Source: Spirochaetia bacterium | GTDB lineage: Bacteria; Spirochaetota; Spirochaetia; DSM-2461 | Direction of reading: 5' to 3' | Length of the DNA: 64,000 nt | NCBI GenBank assembly: GCA_963666985.2 | Contig: CAXXIA010000001.1 | Location: forward strand, 576,001 to 640,000 | Part shown: positions 1 to 10,483 of the stretch, piece by piece | Position numbering within the stretch: position 1 is the first letter of the stretch | How the letters are laid out: every line of letters starts with the position of its first letter | The notes under the pieces: generated by a model | What the model was told of the DNA's origin: nothing | Databases searched by the model: none | The model's input: the letters and a program-made list of their open reading frames with translations, nothing else | Program-made: the position numbers and the translations under genes

Positions 1-823
1 TGTTCGACCTTTTTTCATAAGAATGAAAAGAATATTGTTCCGGAAGGTTCTCTTTCTGGGGAACATCGAAGCTTGAGAAGTAAATAACGTTCTTATTTCC
101 GAGGATATCTTTTGAATCCCCGTTGCGAACGAATAGGAGTTCATCGATATCGAAATTAAAGATAATGGAATCCCGTCCGAAAACACGGCGGCAATGGTTC
201 AATGCACCGACTTGGGCAAACTTATTATCATGACTGAACGTGGGCCCGTAAGGAAAACTCCAGTCGACAAGAATGGTTTGTTCGGGGAGTTCCTTTGATA
301 GTTCCCCGAATTTTTCGCTTCCGTTATCGTAAAGAACCAAGTATTCAACATCAAATCGGCTTTTATAATGATGAAACCAGTCGCAAATCCAGCGGATTTC
401 ATTGTTTTTCTGTATTGCCGTTAAAACACGGCTGCCTCTGGGAAACGGGCTGACGGAGTTAAGTTGAATGGAACGGTCGGGAATCTTTTTGAATCGGAAG
501 TCTAAAACGGGGTTGATAGCAGGATCCCAATTCCTAACAGGAAGGGTCCATTCCGTGAACCGTCTAAGGGCCGTTGTTTTAATACTGTATGGAATGTCGG
601 CTCCGTTATGTTCGATTTGAGGAAGGCCCGGTTCCTTCTTCAGATTAAGAATGGGGGGGCCGAAGAGGGATATCGTATTCTCCTGATTAACATACACAGC
701 GTCGAAAATATAGGTTTTTCCATCATACAGCTGAATTTCTTCAGGCCGAATTTTTTTTGAAAAAAGACACCTCACAGGTTCATTCTCGTTCAGAATCAGA
801 GGTGACGGTTTATAAATCATCAT
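1..823 (-). CDS. Glycosyltransferase, GT-A fold (GT2-like / Glyco_tranf_2_4 / GT92-like); 3' end runs off the window
   Basis: Hand-translated, not in the ORF track because it is truncated: MMIYKPSPL...VLTAIQKNNEIRWICDWFHHY...VLYDNGS...FNFDIDELL. It has the YDNGS and DxDE motifs, and its ATG (823) overlaps the ABC gene stop as ATGA. Confidence 0.7.
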   Translation of the reverse strand, partial: MMIYKPSPLILNENEPVRCLFSKKIRPEEIQLYDGKTYIFDAVYVNQENTISLFGPPILNLKKEPGLPQIEHNGADIPYSIKTTALRRFTEWTLPVRNWDPAINPVLDFRFKKIPDRSIQLNSVSPFPRGSRVLTAIQKNNEIRWICDWFHHYKSRFDVEYLVLYDNGSEKFGELSKELPEQTILVDWSFPYGPTFSHDNKFAQVGALNHCRRVFGRDSIIFNFDIDELLFVRNGDSKDILGNKNVIYFSSFDVPQKENLPEQYSFHSYEKRSN

Positions 824-2604
824 TCAACGGGCCTTTTTAGGATTTCCTCGGGCGGACCGTCGTTGATGATTTCTCCATTGTTAATGGCGATGATACGAGG
901 GCATCGGTATAGTGATTCACGCCGGTGTGTGATAAGAATAATGGTCTTATCGCTTGATTCTGCGAAAAGATCGTCGAGAATTCGGGCTTCGGTTTTCTGA
1001 TCCAGCGAAGAAGTCCCTTCATCAATAATAAGAAAGTTACTGTCTCTGTAGAACATTCGGGCCAAGGCCATGCGCTGTCCCTGACCTCCTGAAAGATTAC
1101 GGCCCGTTTCCGAAAGCATTTCCTCGGAATTCCAACGAGCATCATCAAGCGATGCCTTGATAAGAGACTCCTTTATTCTGTCCGATTCATGATTTGCTTC
1201 GGGAATCCCAAAGGCGACATTCTCCGCCAGAGTCCCGGGAATAATAAATGGCGACTGCGGCATGTAGCCGATGGTGGTCTGCCACCTTTTCAGATTGTCT
1301 CCTTCCAGAGTAATGCCGTCGACCGAAAGGGAGCCTTCCTGAGGCTTTAAAAGCCCTGCGACAATATCCACAAGGGTTGTTTTCCCGCACCCGGAGCTGC
1401 CGATAATCCCGATTTTTTCGCCCTGTTTAATTTCCAATGAGAGGTTGTTGACGGCCGGTTTTTTTCCGGTCGGATAGGTGTATGTAATCCCGTTGATTTG
1501 CAGTGAATTTTGGAAACTCAGCGGCGTCGGTTGAGACTCGGGGATTTCCTCCGTCGGAACATCTTCATCGAGGAAATCCAATACGGTAATGATATATGGA
1601 GCCATGTTCCTGATATTTGTTTGAGTCCTGAGAACGACATTCACCGCGGGAATCACACGCCAGGAGACCACCGCCAGAATAGCCATGTAGGAAAGAGTTT
1701 CACTTGAATCCAAACCCCGCTTTAAAACTAGAACTATAATCATTCCGGCAAGAGCCAGGAATCCGACAAACTCCAGCATCAGGGGGGGAATGGAGTTTAA
1801 TAAGGACCGGTATGAAGAGATTTTGATAAGCCTGCGTAATTGTTCCCGAAATCTCAAGAGAAAGGTTTTTTCAACGTTCTCAATCCGGACATCTTTATAA
1901 GCGCGTATCGTATATGTTGCTGATCGAAACGCTTTTTTTAATAAGCCTTTTTCCTTCATGGATTGTTTATCAATGGATTTTCGCAGCATTTTAAAAAGAA
2001 TCAGCGCAAGGACCGTTATCACAGCCATGACCGGTATTGTGATCATCGGATCGTAGAGGAACAGCGTAGCCAGCATGAAAGCGATAACAATGACATTCGT
2101 CAGTGTTCTTAGAATGTCTTGAAGGAATTTTCCCACGTGATTGCACCAATCAATTAACTGCTGGAGATCTGATGATTTTTTATCCAAAAACCATTCATAC
2201 GGACGGTAAAGGATTTGCGCCATAACCTTGTGGCCAACTTTCGCCCGAACAGCTATGGAATAACGGGTGGTGATATATTGAGAAATCGCCCTGAGAATGT
2301 TCTTAATCAAAACGAGTCCGGCGAGAAGCAGACTTCCCCATATAATAAACTGTGATTCTGTAATATTGTTCAAAAATGGGAGGAATCTTGCCGCCGCCTG
2401 AAAAATTTTCCCTTTGGTAAGCGACGAAGGATCGGCGAGGCCGGATGCGAAACCCGCCACCCAAGCCATCGTCAAACTTTCAAAAAGTCCCACACCGGCC
2501 ATGAAGAAAACCAGGATTGGGAACATGCGCTGATGACGTTTATCCGAAATACGATACGATCTTAAAAATATTTTAAAATTGGAATCTAGTTTTTTTTTCG
2601 ACAC
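820..2604 (-). CDS. ABC exporter, fused TMD+NBD, PglK/MsbA-like (putative lipid-linked glycan flippase)
   Basis: N-terminal TM helices; Walker A GSSGCGKT, LSGGQGQR signature, IIDEGTSSLD Walker B, ITHR. It lies between wecA-like and GT genes. Confidence 0.85.
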   Translation of the reverse strand: MSKKKLDSNFKIFLRSYRISDKRHQRMFPILVFFMAGVGLFESLTMAWVAGFASGLADPSSLTKGKIFQAAARFLPFLNNITESQFIIWGSLLLAGLVLIKNILRAISQYITTRYSIAVRAKVGHKVMAQILYRPYEWFLDKKSSDLQQLIDWCNHVGKFLQDILRTLTNVIVIAFMLATLFLYDPMITIPVMAVITVLALILFKMLRKSIDKQSMKEKGLLKKAFRSATYTIRAYKDVRIENVEKTFLLRFREQLRRLIKISSYRSLLNSIPPLMLEFVGFLALAGMIIVLVLKRGLDSSETLSYMAILAVVSWRVIPAVNVVLRTQTNIRNMAPYIITVLDFLDEDVPTEEIPESQPTPLSFQNSLQINGITYTYPTGKKPAVNNLSLEIKQGEKIGIIGSSGCGKTTLVDIVAGLLKPQEGSLSVDGITLEGDNLKRWQTTIGYMPQSPFIIPGTLAENVAFGIPEANHESDRIKESLIKASLDDARWNSEEMLSETGRNLSGGQGQRMALARMFYRDSNFLIIDEGTSSLDQKTEARILDDLFAESSDKTIILITHRRESLYRCPRIIAINNGEIINDGPPEEILKRPVE

Positions 2605-2621
2605 AATCGGTCTCCGTGCGT

Positions 2622-3701
2622 TTATTGCCGCTTTTTTTTATACAGCCGATCAACCAGAATGAAACTTGAGAAAATAACAATCCAGATTAAGAGTAAACGC
2701 CCAATCAATTTTTCGAATGGGATAATTGTTGAGATAACAAGAGGAATGGAACTGATGAAAAGAACCGCCGAAACAATCAGGAGGATAAATCTTTCGCTCA
2801 ACCCCAGTCCCAGCAGTTTATGATGGATATGTTCCTTATCGGGTGTGGTAAAGGAAATCCTTTTCTTTATTCTTCGGGATATTGCGCTGAAAACATCAAG
2901 AATCGGTATTAAAAGCAGCGTAACAGGGAGATACAGTATTGTTCCGGAATCGGGTTCGGCCACCAGGGGCAGTACCGCCAAAAGGAAACCCATGACAAGG
3001 CTTCCCGAATCTCCCATGAAAATTCTTGCGGGTGGAAAATTAAACATCAGGTAACCCAGGAGCGTTCCGACAAAAACGAAACTTACCACCGAGAGCATGA
3101 AATGGTTGGTGAGCATGAAGATGAGTCCGTAGACGGCAAAAGAAATAATCCCGATGGTTGAGGACAAACCGTCCATACCGTCTATGAGGTTCATGGCATT
3201 GGTTATTCCGATGATCCAAATTAAGGTGATGGGCCACGACCAATATCCGAATTGGATTGTTCTATTTATAAAAGGAATCGTCAGCGCTTCGATACGTGCA
3301 CCGGCGGCAATAATAAATATCGCGGCGATTATCTGAATAAGCAGCTTCCAGATGGCCTTAACTTTTAAGAAATCGTCCGAGAGACCGACGAAGAAGATGA
3401 GCAAGGTCGGGATGATAAATAAAATTTTGGGCAATATTTTTGTATAGACTACAAACGGGGATCGAAGCCAGAGGCCCAAAATAAGGGGGGAAAAACCGAC
3501 TGAAACGACAAATCCGAGGAATATTCCAATGCCTCCCAAACGGGAGATTTTTTTCGTATGAATTTTTCGTTCATCCGGAGCGTCAAAAAGTTTATGTTTG
3601 CGGGAAATACGAATAATCCATGTCATTGAAATACAGGAAACAATAAAAGCCGCGACCATGGCCGAAAAAGCCAGAACAATATTATGGGCGAATATTTCCA
3701 T
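2622..3701 (-). CDS. wecA: Undecaprenyl-phosphate GlcNAc-1-phosphate transferase (WecA/TagO, MraY/GT4 family)
   Basis: Motifs DAPDERKIH, RLGGIGI, GLSDD, NAMNLIDGMDGL, FMGDSGS, DKEHIHHKL; polytopic membrane protein. Confidence 0.88.
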   Translation of the reverse strand: MEIFAHNIVLAFSAMVAAFIVSCISMTWIIRISRKHKLFDAPDERKIHTKKISRLGGIGIFLGFVVSVGFSPLILGLWLRSPFVVYTKILPKILFIIPTLLIFFVGLSDDFLKVKAIWKLLIQIIAAIFIIAAGARIEALTIPFINRTIQFGYWSWPITLIWIIGITNAMNLIDGMDGLSSTIGIISFAVYGLIFMLTNHFMLSVVSFVFVGTLLGYLMFNFPPARIFMGDSGSLVMGFLLAVLPLVAEPDSGTILYLPVTLLLIPILDVFSAISRRIKKRISFTTPDKEHIHHKLLGLGLSERFILLIVSAVLFISSIPLVISTIIPFEKLIGRLLLIWIVIFSSFILVDRLYKKKRQ

Positions 3702-3711
3702 GCTTCATCAC

Positions 3712-5050
3712 TTAATACGACAGATAACTGGCGATATCGATTTCGAGTTTAGACCAACCCGAAATGTCGTCGGACAGGTTCAGACCTATTGTTCCTCTGG
3801 CTACGAGTGTCGGAAGAGCGTCGAGATAGAGGACCAGATCAACACCGGCACTGTACTTAAGATCATTGATATCCGTTGAAGTGGAGGAATCATCCGCTAT
3901 TCCGATATCGAAGAACGGATGGATCTGAGCATCCCAGATGCCCGGCAGACGCCAGAATTGGAATGCCAGGGTCGCATTTAAATAAACCCCCCAATCGCCG
4001 CTCATCAAACTGTCGTCTATTCCGCGCAAATAAGAGCCGACACCGCTTCGCTGATTATTAATGATGTAAAAACCTCCGACGCGTGAATAAAAATCGAGCA
4101 TGCTTCCGATTGTTTTATACCATTTCGATATCGCATCGAACTCGTTGGCGACTTTTCGTTCTCCAGTATCCGTGTCAAAGATGAATTTTACCGTATGCTC
4201 AAGAGAATAATTTTGTCCGTTCCTGAGATTCTCGTGCCAATTGACACGCCCCCATCCGCCGCCGTGAGAGGCCGCGAACGCGAAAGGTTCCGTATTATAG
4301 TTTCCCCATCCGGCTTTATCTTCATAGGCATATCTCATATCGAAATATGGTTTGACTTTGTAGGACCATCGACCGGGAAGATCGAAACTGAACGTGGTTC
4401 CCAATGTTGTCTGATAATACGAATAAAAATAACGGGTAGCCGAGACTCCGCTCATAAATTTTTTCTGATTGAGAGACTGTTCGACATCAACGGTCATCTT
4501 CATCCAATCGCATAACCGATAACCGCTCCATTCAAAGGCGAGGTTCCATTTGGAAAGTTCCGTTTTTTCGGTGATTTCGTTTTTTTTCGAAATTTACGCC
4601 CGTAACAAGCTGAATATCGGTCATGCTGCCGAAGGCGTTGTAATAATCCGTGCGAACGGCTAAGCGAAAACCGGAACTGGTGCTGTATTTCGGATAAGGT
4701 ATGGGCGTAAGAGTCCAGGAATCCACAACACGATAGGTAACGGCCCATTCCACTTTTTCCGCGTCTTGCCGGAGAATCCGTTTCTCCATCTCGACCGAAT
4801 CGAAAACGCGGTAATTCACCAGAACCTGCCTGCCGTCATCCACCGCCTCATGAAAATCCTCTTCGGAATCGAAGGAATCACCGACTTGAAGTCCAACATA
4901 TCGTTTTACGGCGGGTTCGGAGGTGTCGCCCGTAATTTCGTATGTCAACTCGGCGATGACATGTTTTTTTTCGTCGGCAAAGAGGCTGTGAGCGCTCAAG
5001 AGAAATGCTGCCAGAAGACTCAATTGAAAGACTCGTGCGGTTATATTCAT
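3712..5050 (-). pseudogene. POTRA-domain + outer-membrane beta-barrel protein (Omp85/TamA-like), split by a +1 frameshift in an A8 tract at 4580-4587
   Basis: ORF 4532-5050 (signal peptide, POTRA-like) and ORF 3712-4503 (beta-strand rich, C-terminal YLSY) join without stops if the A8 tract is read as A7: FEKNEITEKTELSKWNLAFEWSGYRLCDWMKMTVD. Confidence 0.7.
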
Positions 5051-5166
5051 TCTGCTCTTTACTTTAGCGGCTATCCTGTAAAAGCACAATTCTCAGAAGA
5101 TGCTTTTTCAAGAGCCTAAGAGACGACTGGACGCACCATCCCGCCCCCCGTTATAGTATCCGCGCC

Positions 5167-6195
5167 ATGAACGAAATCGCCGTTGTGAACTACTCTGAAG
5201 GCACTTCCCGTATTTTAACGGCTTCTCGTGAGGAAGTTCTTCCTTCGGATGCGGATCTGTCGATATTCGATGGGAATACGGCTTTACTGTTTCCCAAACG
5301 CGATCCGGAACGATCCCTTGCCCTGCCACCCGGCGAAACGGCGAAGAATTGGTCATCGGTAGAGCGTATCATCAACCGTGCTTTGGCCCTTTCTCTTGGG
5401 CGCGACGGACTTGTTACCGGTATAGGCGGGGGCGTTGTAACCGATGTAACGGCTTTTGCTTCATCTATTTACATGCGCGGATGCCGGCTTGTTCTGGTTC
5501 CTACGACGCTTCTGGCCATGGTGGACGCGGCCGTCGGAGGGAAAACGGGTTTTGATTTCGGAGGCGTGAAGAATCTTGTCGGAACCTTTTATCCGGCGGA
5601 TGAAGTTCGGATTTGTCCCTGCCTTCTGGAAACATTGCCTGAAAATGAGTTTTTATCCGGCATGGCCGAGGTGATTAAACACGCATTACTGGCTCCCGAG
5701 GGATTAATGGATATTGTGCGGGGAGAAAGGGAAGCCGTTCTGGCGAGGGAATCTGACGTTCTGGAGCGGTTAATTCCCATGGCCCTCAAGGTCAAAACGG
5801 GTATTGTTTCAGAGGATCTTCGTGAAAAAGGTCCGAGGGCTTTTCTGAATTTCGGACACACATTCGGTCATGCCTTGGAAGTGGCGACCAATTTCAGCCG
5901 CTGGAGTCATGGAGAAGCCGTCGCCTGGGGAATGCTTAAGGCTTTTGATCTCGGTGAACGTTTGGGAATTACCGAAAAGACTTGGGCCGCCGAATGCCGG
6001 CGCCTCATCGCCGATTACGGATTTGATATCGTAACGCCCCAAGTTTCGCCGGGAGAGATTAAAGCCGCGATGGCCGACGATAAGAAGAAAAGGGCCGGTC
6101 GTCTTCGTTTCGTGATGATGAAAGGACCGGGCGAACCCGTACTGCAGGAAGTCCCCGAAGCCGATCTCGACGCGGTACTCGGGATAGAGGCCTAA
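5167..6195 (+). CDS. aroB: 3-dehydroquinate synthase
   Basis: Motifs GGGVVTD, YMRG, PTTLLAMVDAAVGGKTG, KNLVGTFY, LNFGHTFGHALE, HGEAVAWG, DKK. Confidence 0.96.
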   Translation: MNEIAVVNYSEGTSRILTASREEVLPSDADLSIFDGNTALLFPKRDPERSLALPPGETAKNWSSVERIINRALALSLGRDGLVTGIGGGVVTDVTAFASSIYMRGCRLVLVPTTLLAMVDAAVGGKTGFDFGGVKNLVGTFYPADEVRICPCLLETLPENEFLSGMAEVIKHALLAPEGLMDIVRGEREAVLARESDVLERLIPMALKVKTGIVSEDLREKGPRAFLNFGHTFGHALEVATNFSRWSHGEAVAWGMLKAFDLGERLGITEKTWAAECRRLIADYGFDIVTPQVSPGEIKAAMADDKKKRAGRLRFVMMKGPGEPVLQEVPEADLDAVLGIEA

Positions 6196-6240
6196 GAGTC
6201 CGCCAGCCTCTTTTCTCTCAACTAAGCGGCGGGCTCATCC

Positions 6241-6386
6241 AACAGGCTGTGTATACGGCGTTGAATCAATGTTCGAAATGCTCACGTACAGCCGGTATGC
6301 TGCGCTTTCTGTGCTTGATTCGGCATCGAGCTGCGAGTCTCGCTCGCTATCTTCGAACCAAATCTTACTTTTTCAACAGCCTGTTA
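6241..6386. mobile_element. MITE-like element, copy 1 (left TIR damaged by a 21-bp deletion)
   Basis: Near-identical to 13350-13517 (3 substitutions plus deletion of TGAAAAAGGATCTTATGGTCC). The right end CTTTTTCAACAGCCTGT-TA is intact. It lies between convergent aroB and hrpA. Confidence 0.8.
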
Positions 6387-6446
6387 AACGTTTAGAGTTT
6401 TACACCTTCACAAAAAGCTCGGGATTGTTTCAATCGAATCACCGCA

Positions 6447-8984
6447 TCAATACAGCATCGCTTCAATCCGTCTGTAGGTTTCTCCCAGTTTCTTCGACTG
6501 CTTATCATCCAATTCCTCGCCGACGAAATCGGCCAGATCCTCCAGGCTTTCTAGGCTGGCCGAGACGGCTCCATGGAAACTCCGAACGGATTTGAACCAG
6601 TAATGGCCTTCTCCGTCTCCATAAAGGGCTACGAATCCCATGCCGCCTTTTTTCTTCTTTTTTCCGCCGCGTGTTACTTTCAAGAGATTCCCCAGTTCGT
6701 CGATAAGGGCGTTTCTATGGGCCTCCTTGTGGATATGAAAATTACTTCTGGGCGCCTCATCGAGAACATCCTTGCGGGGATCCAGAAGTCGGGCCGCTTT
6801 CATGATGGTATTGACTTTACTGTCCGGGAGAACTTCATCTCTATCGAGAAGAAGAGTTCCCCGCATACTTCCAAAGTCGGGGGGTGTTTCGTCTCCGGCG
6901 CGAAGCAGAGCGTCGTGGAGGCGCTTCCATTCCAATACGGCGCGCTTTTTCTTTCCCTTGCCCGGTATGAGGGAAACTTTAAAGGCTTCTCCGGCGATCC
7001 ATATTTGATTCGTGGTGTCCTTGGAGGTACGGGAGGTTCCGGATTGTCCGGGAATACCCATCTCTCGGCCGACCTCACGCGAATCGGCGCGCCCGAGTCC
7101 TGATTTGCTGAAGAGCTTTTTGGGAAGATCCGGATGAATATCCTTGAGCCATTCTTTTCGCAGAGGCGAGACCGAACGGGCGTATGTGCGGCTGGTATGA
7201 ACGATTTCCCCCGCGACAATGAACTCGGGATTTTCCCGAAAGAGAACCGACCCCGGATGGATGATGATGCGGTCCACGCCGACGCTTCTGTAATCGAAGC
7301 GGCCGTCTTTTACGCAGATAAAGGGTATCAGCCCCCGGGCGCAGGCTTTGATGAAATCTTCGGTTGAACCGCCCTCGGCGATGGGAATACCGGCTCGTCC
7401 GGTGATCTCTTCCAATTGTTCGGTAATGGCGAGAATCTCATCCATATTTTTTTTATCCAGGTAGTAGCGGTCGCAGAAACTCTCCTTATTGGGAGAATCG
7501 ACATAGTCCCAATAGAGGTTCAAATAGCTCGCGAAGTCTCCGAAGAGTTTGGATCGGAAGGAATGGTGAGCCTTCCGAGCCTCCATTTCTTCTCCCTGCG
7601 GCAGCAGAAAAGGAGAATTGGTTGAAAGAAAGGCCGCCGCGATGATGACTTCTTTAAGAACATCGGGGTATCGGAGGGTTGATTCAACGATCATTCGGGC
7701 ATGTCTGGGCATGAGAGGGTAGGGAACCATGCGGCGGCCGATGTCGGTCAGATCATTGTTTTCATCGAGGGCATCCAGAAGCCTCAAGGCTTCCACGGCT
7801 CCGTGTATGCCTTTGGGAGCGGGAGGGCTGATAAAGGGGAATGTCTCAAAGTCGCGGATTCCGATTTCCGCCATGCGCAGAACGACTTCCGCCAAGTCGG
7901 TTCTGTAGATTTCTTCGCGGGTGAATTCGGAGCGTTCCGAATAACTTTTTTCCGAATAAAGCCGGAGACAGATGCCGGGACGGGTTCGACCGGCTCGTCC
8001 TTTTCTTTGGTCGGCGGAGGCCTTTGAAATCAGCGTTTCAACCAGTGAGCTGGTGTAGGTTCGCGGATTGTAGAAGTTCATCTTCGCCAGTCCCGAATCC
8101 ACCACGGCGGTGATGCCGTCGATGGTTACGCTGGTTTCGGCGATATTGGTGGACACCACCACCTTTCGTGTACCTTCGGGAGGCGGATCAAACACTTTTT
8201 CCTGTTCTTCGCTGCCCAGCCGGCCGTAGAGCGGGACAATATGCAAATCCCGTCTTGCACGGCCTCCGGAGAGTTTCGCGACGGTTTCCTTAATCATTTT
8301 TTCACCGGTACAGAAAACAAGAATGTCGCCTTCCTGACCGGAGAGGGCGATTTTTTCAACGACAGCCGTAATTTTGGAGATCAGAACATCCTCGTCTCCT
8401 TCGATGGGAGGCGGATCGTAAGAGATTTCCACGGGATAAACCGGAGTGTCGATGGTTACGATGGGGCAGTCCGAGAAGTATTCGCTGAACGCTTTGGGAT
8501 TGAGCGTGGCCGATGAAATAATGACTTTAAGCTCCGGCCGGTGCGGAAGAATCTCTTTAACCAAGCCCAGAATGAAGTCGATGTTCAGGGTGCGCTCATG
8601 GGCTTCGTCGATCATCAGAACGCTGTATTTGGAAAGCCAGCGGTCGCCCTTCATTTCCTGAAGGAGAGTGCCGTCTGTAACGATTTTCAGTTTGGTCTCA
8701 GGGCTTGTAAAATCTTCGAAGCGCATTTTATAGCCGACATATCCGCCGAGTTTGCATTGCAGCTGCCTTGCGATGAAGCGGCTGACGCCGACCGCGGCGA
8801 TGCGGCGAGGCTGGGTGACTCCGATAACGCCTTTTTCGGCATAGCCGGCTTCATGAAGAATAACGGGCAGCTGTGTTGTTTTTCCTGAGCCGGTGGGGCT
8901 TTCAATCACGACGACTTGATTCTTTCCTACGGCATCGAGAATGCGCTGCTTTTGGGAATAAACGGGGAGATCTCGATAATTCAT
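6447..8984 (-). CDS. hrpA: ATP-dependent DEAH-box RNA helicase HrpA
   Basis: Motifs SPTGSGKTTQLP, TQPRRIAA, DEAHER, SAT, STNIAETSVT, QRKGRAGR. Start placed at MNYRDLP (8984), downstream of a sigma70-like promoter. Confidence 0.92.
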   Translation of the reverse strand: MNYRDLPVYSQKQRILDAVGKNQVVVIESPTGSGKTTQLPVILHEAGYAEKGVIGVTQPRRIAAVGVSRFIARQLQCKLGGYVGYKMRFEDFTSPETKLKIVTDGTLLQEMKGDRWLSKYSVLMIDEAHERTLNIDFILGLVKEILPHRPELKVIISSATLNPKAFSEYFSDCPIVTIDTPVYPVEISYDPPPIEGDEDVLISKITAVVEKIALSGQEGDILVFCTGEKMIKETVAKLSGGRARRDLHIVPLYGRLGSEEQEKVFDPPPEGTRKVVVSTNIAETSVTIDGITAVVDSGLAKMNFYNPRTYTSSLVETLISKASADQRKGRAGRTRPGICLRLYSEKSYSERSEFTREEIYRTDLAEVVLRMAEIGIRDFETFPFISPPAPKGIHGAVEALRLLDALDENNDLTDIGRRMVPYPLMPRHARMIVESTLRYPDVLKEVIIAAAFLSTNSPFLLPQGEEMEARKAHHSFRSKLFGDFASYLNLYWDYVDSPNKESFCDRYYLDKKNMDEILAITEQLEEITGRAGIPIAEGGSTEDFIKACARGLIPFICVKDGRFDYRSVGVDRIIIHPGSVLFRENPEFIVAGEIVHTSRTYARSVSPLRKEWLKDIHPDLPKKLFSKSGLGRADSREVGREMGIPGQSGTSRTSKDTTNQIWIAGEAFKVSLIPGKGKKKRAVLEWKRLHDALLRAGDETPPDFGSMRGTLLLDRDEVLPDSKVNTIMKAARLLDPRKDVLDEAPRSNFHIHKEAHRNALIDELGNLLKVTRGGKKKKKGGMGFVALYGDGEGHYWFKSVRSFHGAVSASLESLEDLADFVGEELDDKQSKKLGETYRRIEAMLY

Positions 8985-8994
8985 ACTGACTTTC

Positions 8995-9023
8995 ATGCTA
9001 GGGGAAAGAGACGGCAATAGCAA
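8995..9023 (-). promoter_or_regulatory. sigma70-like promoter of hrpA (TTGCTA-N17-TAGCAT)
   Basis: Hexamers with a 17-nt spacer; the -10 box ends 10 nt before ATG 8984 and no SD is present. Confidence 0.5.
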
Positions 9024-9146
9024 TCTGAGACGGCACGGAAATCGGAGATTGATTCCCATTCCCGTCTCTATCGTGCTGTCGGACTATGGGAAGAATCGCC
9101 GCGGCTGTAGTTGTTAACGGCCGCTTTCCGCGCCGCCTTAATTGTT

Positions 9147-10460
9147 TCAGCGATTCAAGAGCTCGGCCGCCTTGGCCCGCGCTTCGGCGAGCGATAAACC
9201 GTCGAAGCTTTCCCTTGTCCGTAAATCCTTCAGATTCATTGTGCAGGCGGCGGCCTCATCCGGTCCGATGATGAATGCCAGCGGGATTCCCTTGGTCTCG
9301 GCGTATTTGAACTGCGCGGCGAGTTTCTTCATCTCGGGGTATACTTCTGCGGAAAAACCCGCGGATCGTAAATCCCGGGCCAAACCATAGTATTTGGCCA
9401 GAAGGCTTTCATCGAGCATCATGACAAGAATATCCGCGGTGTTGCCGCTTTTATCGATTTTCCCCAGCTCTTCCAGCCCGGCCATGAGCCGATCCAAACC
9501 GATGGACGCTCCGACGCCGCTCATCGGTTCTTTCATGAACAGTCCGGTAAGGTTGTCGTAGCGTCCTCCGGAACAAACAGAACCCAGTGCGGGCAATTCG
9601 TCGAGGAAGGTTTCGAAAACAATGCCGGTGTAATAATCCAGCCCTCGGGTAATGGAGGGATCCAGCAGAAACGCATGATGCATCTGGAGTTCTTCCACCG
9701 CGTCGAGAACGGTTTTTACCCGAATCGCGGCCGGATCGCCCGCGGCGTCCGCCAGCAAGATCATTTTCTCAAGAGTTCCGCGATTATCCTCGGCGGGAGT
9801 AATAAAATCGAGGAGTTTTTCCGTTCCTTCTCCGCCGACGATTTCGGAGAGCTGTCTGCGGACTTCTTCCGCGCCGATCTTGCCGATTTTATCGACGATT
9901 CGGAGCACTTCCGCGGTTCTGCCCGCCAGGCCGAGTTTCTCAAGAAGCTTGTTGAACAAACCTCTGTGGTTGAATCGAACCCGGGATTCACCGGCACCGA
10001 TGGCCTTCAGTCCGGCGGTTATCATCAGCATGATTTCCAAATCGGTCGCCGGACTGTCCACGCCGATAACGTCGAAGTCGCATTGAATGAATTCCCGATA
10101 GCGGCCCCTCTGGGTGTTCTCGCCGCGCCAGGCTTTCGCAATATGATAGCGCCTGAAGGGTATGGTGATGTCGTTGAAATGGGCCGCGACGTATCGGGCG
10201 AAGGGAACCGTCAAATCAAAGCGCAGGGCCACGTCCCTCCCGCCGTGATCCGTAAAGCGGTAGGTCTGTTTATCGGTTTCGCCTCCGCCCTTCGAGAGAA
10301 GGATGTCCGCGTATTCCAAAACAGGTGTGTCGATGGGAACGTATCCGAAAGAAGAAAAATGGTCTTCAAGGGCGCGAATAAGCCTTCTTCTCGGTATCTC
10401 GGTTTCCGGAAGGAAATCGCGGAATCCTTTCAGAACCCTGGGTTGTATGATTTCTGCCAT
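9147..10460 (-). CDS. hisS: Histidine--tRNA ligase
   Basis: Motifs KGFRDF, LRFDLTVP, RGENTQRGRYREFIQCDFD, RGLDYYTG, GGRYD, GLDRL, and the C-terminal anticodon domain; SD AAGGAG. Confidence 0.97.
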   Translation of the reverse strand: MAEIIQPRVLKGFRDFLPETEIPRRRLIRALEDHFSSFGYVPIDTPVLEYADILLSKGGGETDKQTYRFTDHGGRDVALRFDLTVPFARYVAAHFNDITIPFRRYHIAKAWRGENTQRGRYREFIQCDFDVIGVDSPATDLEIMLMITAGLKAIGAGESRVRFNHRGLFNKLLEKLGLAGRTAEVLRIVDKIGKIGAEEVRRQLSEIVGGEGTEKLLDFITPAEDNRGTLEKMILLADAAGDPAAIRVKTVLDAVEELQMHHAFLLDPSITRGLDYYTGIVFETFLDELPALGSVCSGGRYDNLTGLFMKEPMSGVGASIGLDRLMAGLEELGKIDKSGNTADILVMMLDESLLAKYYGLARDLRSAGFSAEVYPEMKKLAAQFKYAETKGIPLAFIIGPDEAAACTMNLKDLRTRESFDGLSLAEARAKAAELLNR

Positions 10461-10483
10461 TTTTTAATCTCCTTAGGTTAATC

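Noticed and set aside
6269..6595. ORFs 6269-6595, 13392-14033 and 13400-13597 sharing MxEMLTYSRYAALSV or related text
   Set aside because: The similarity comes from the MITE sequence, and the ORFs run antisense into real genes.
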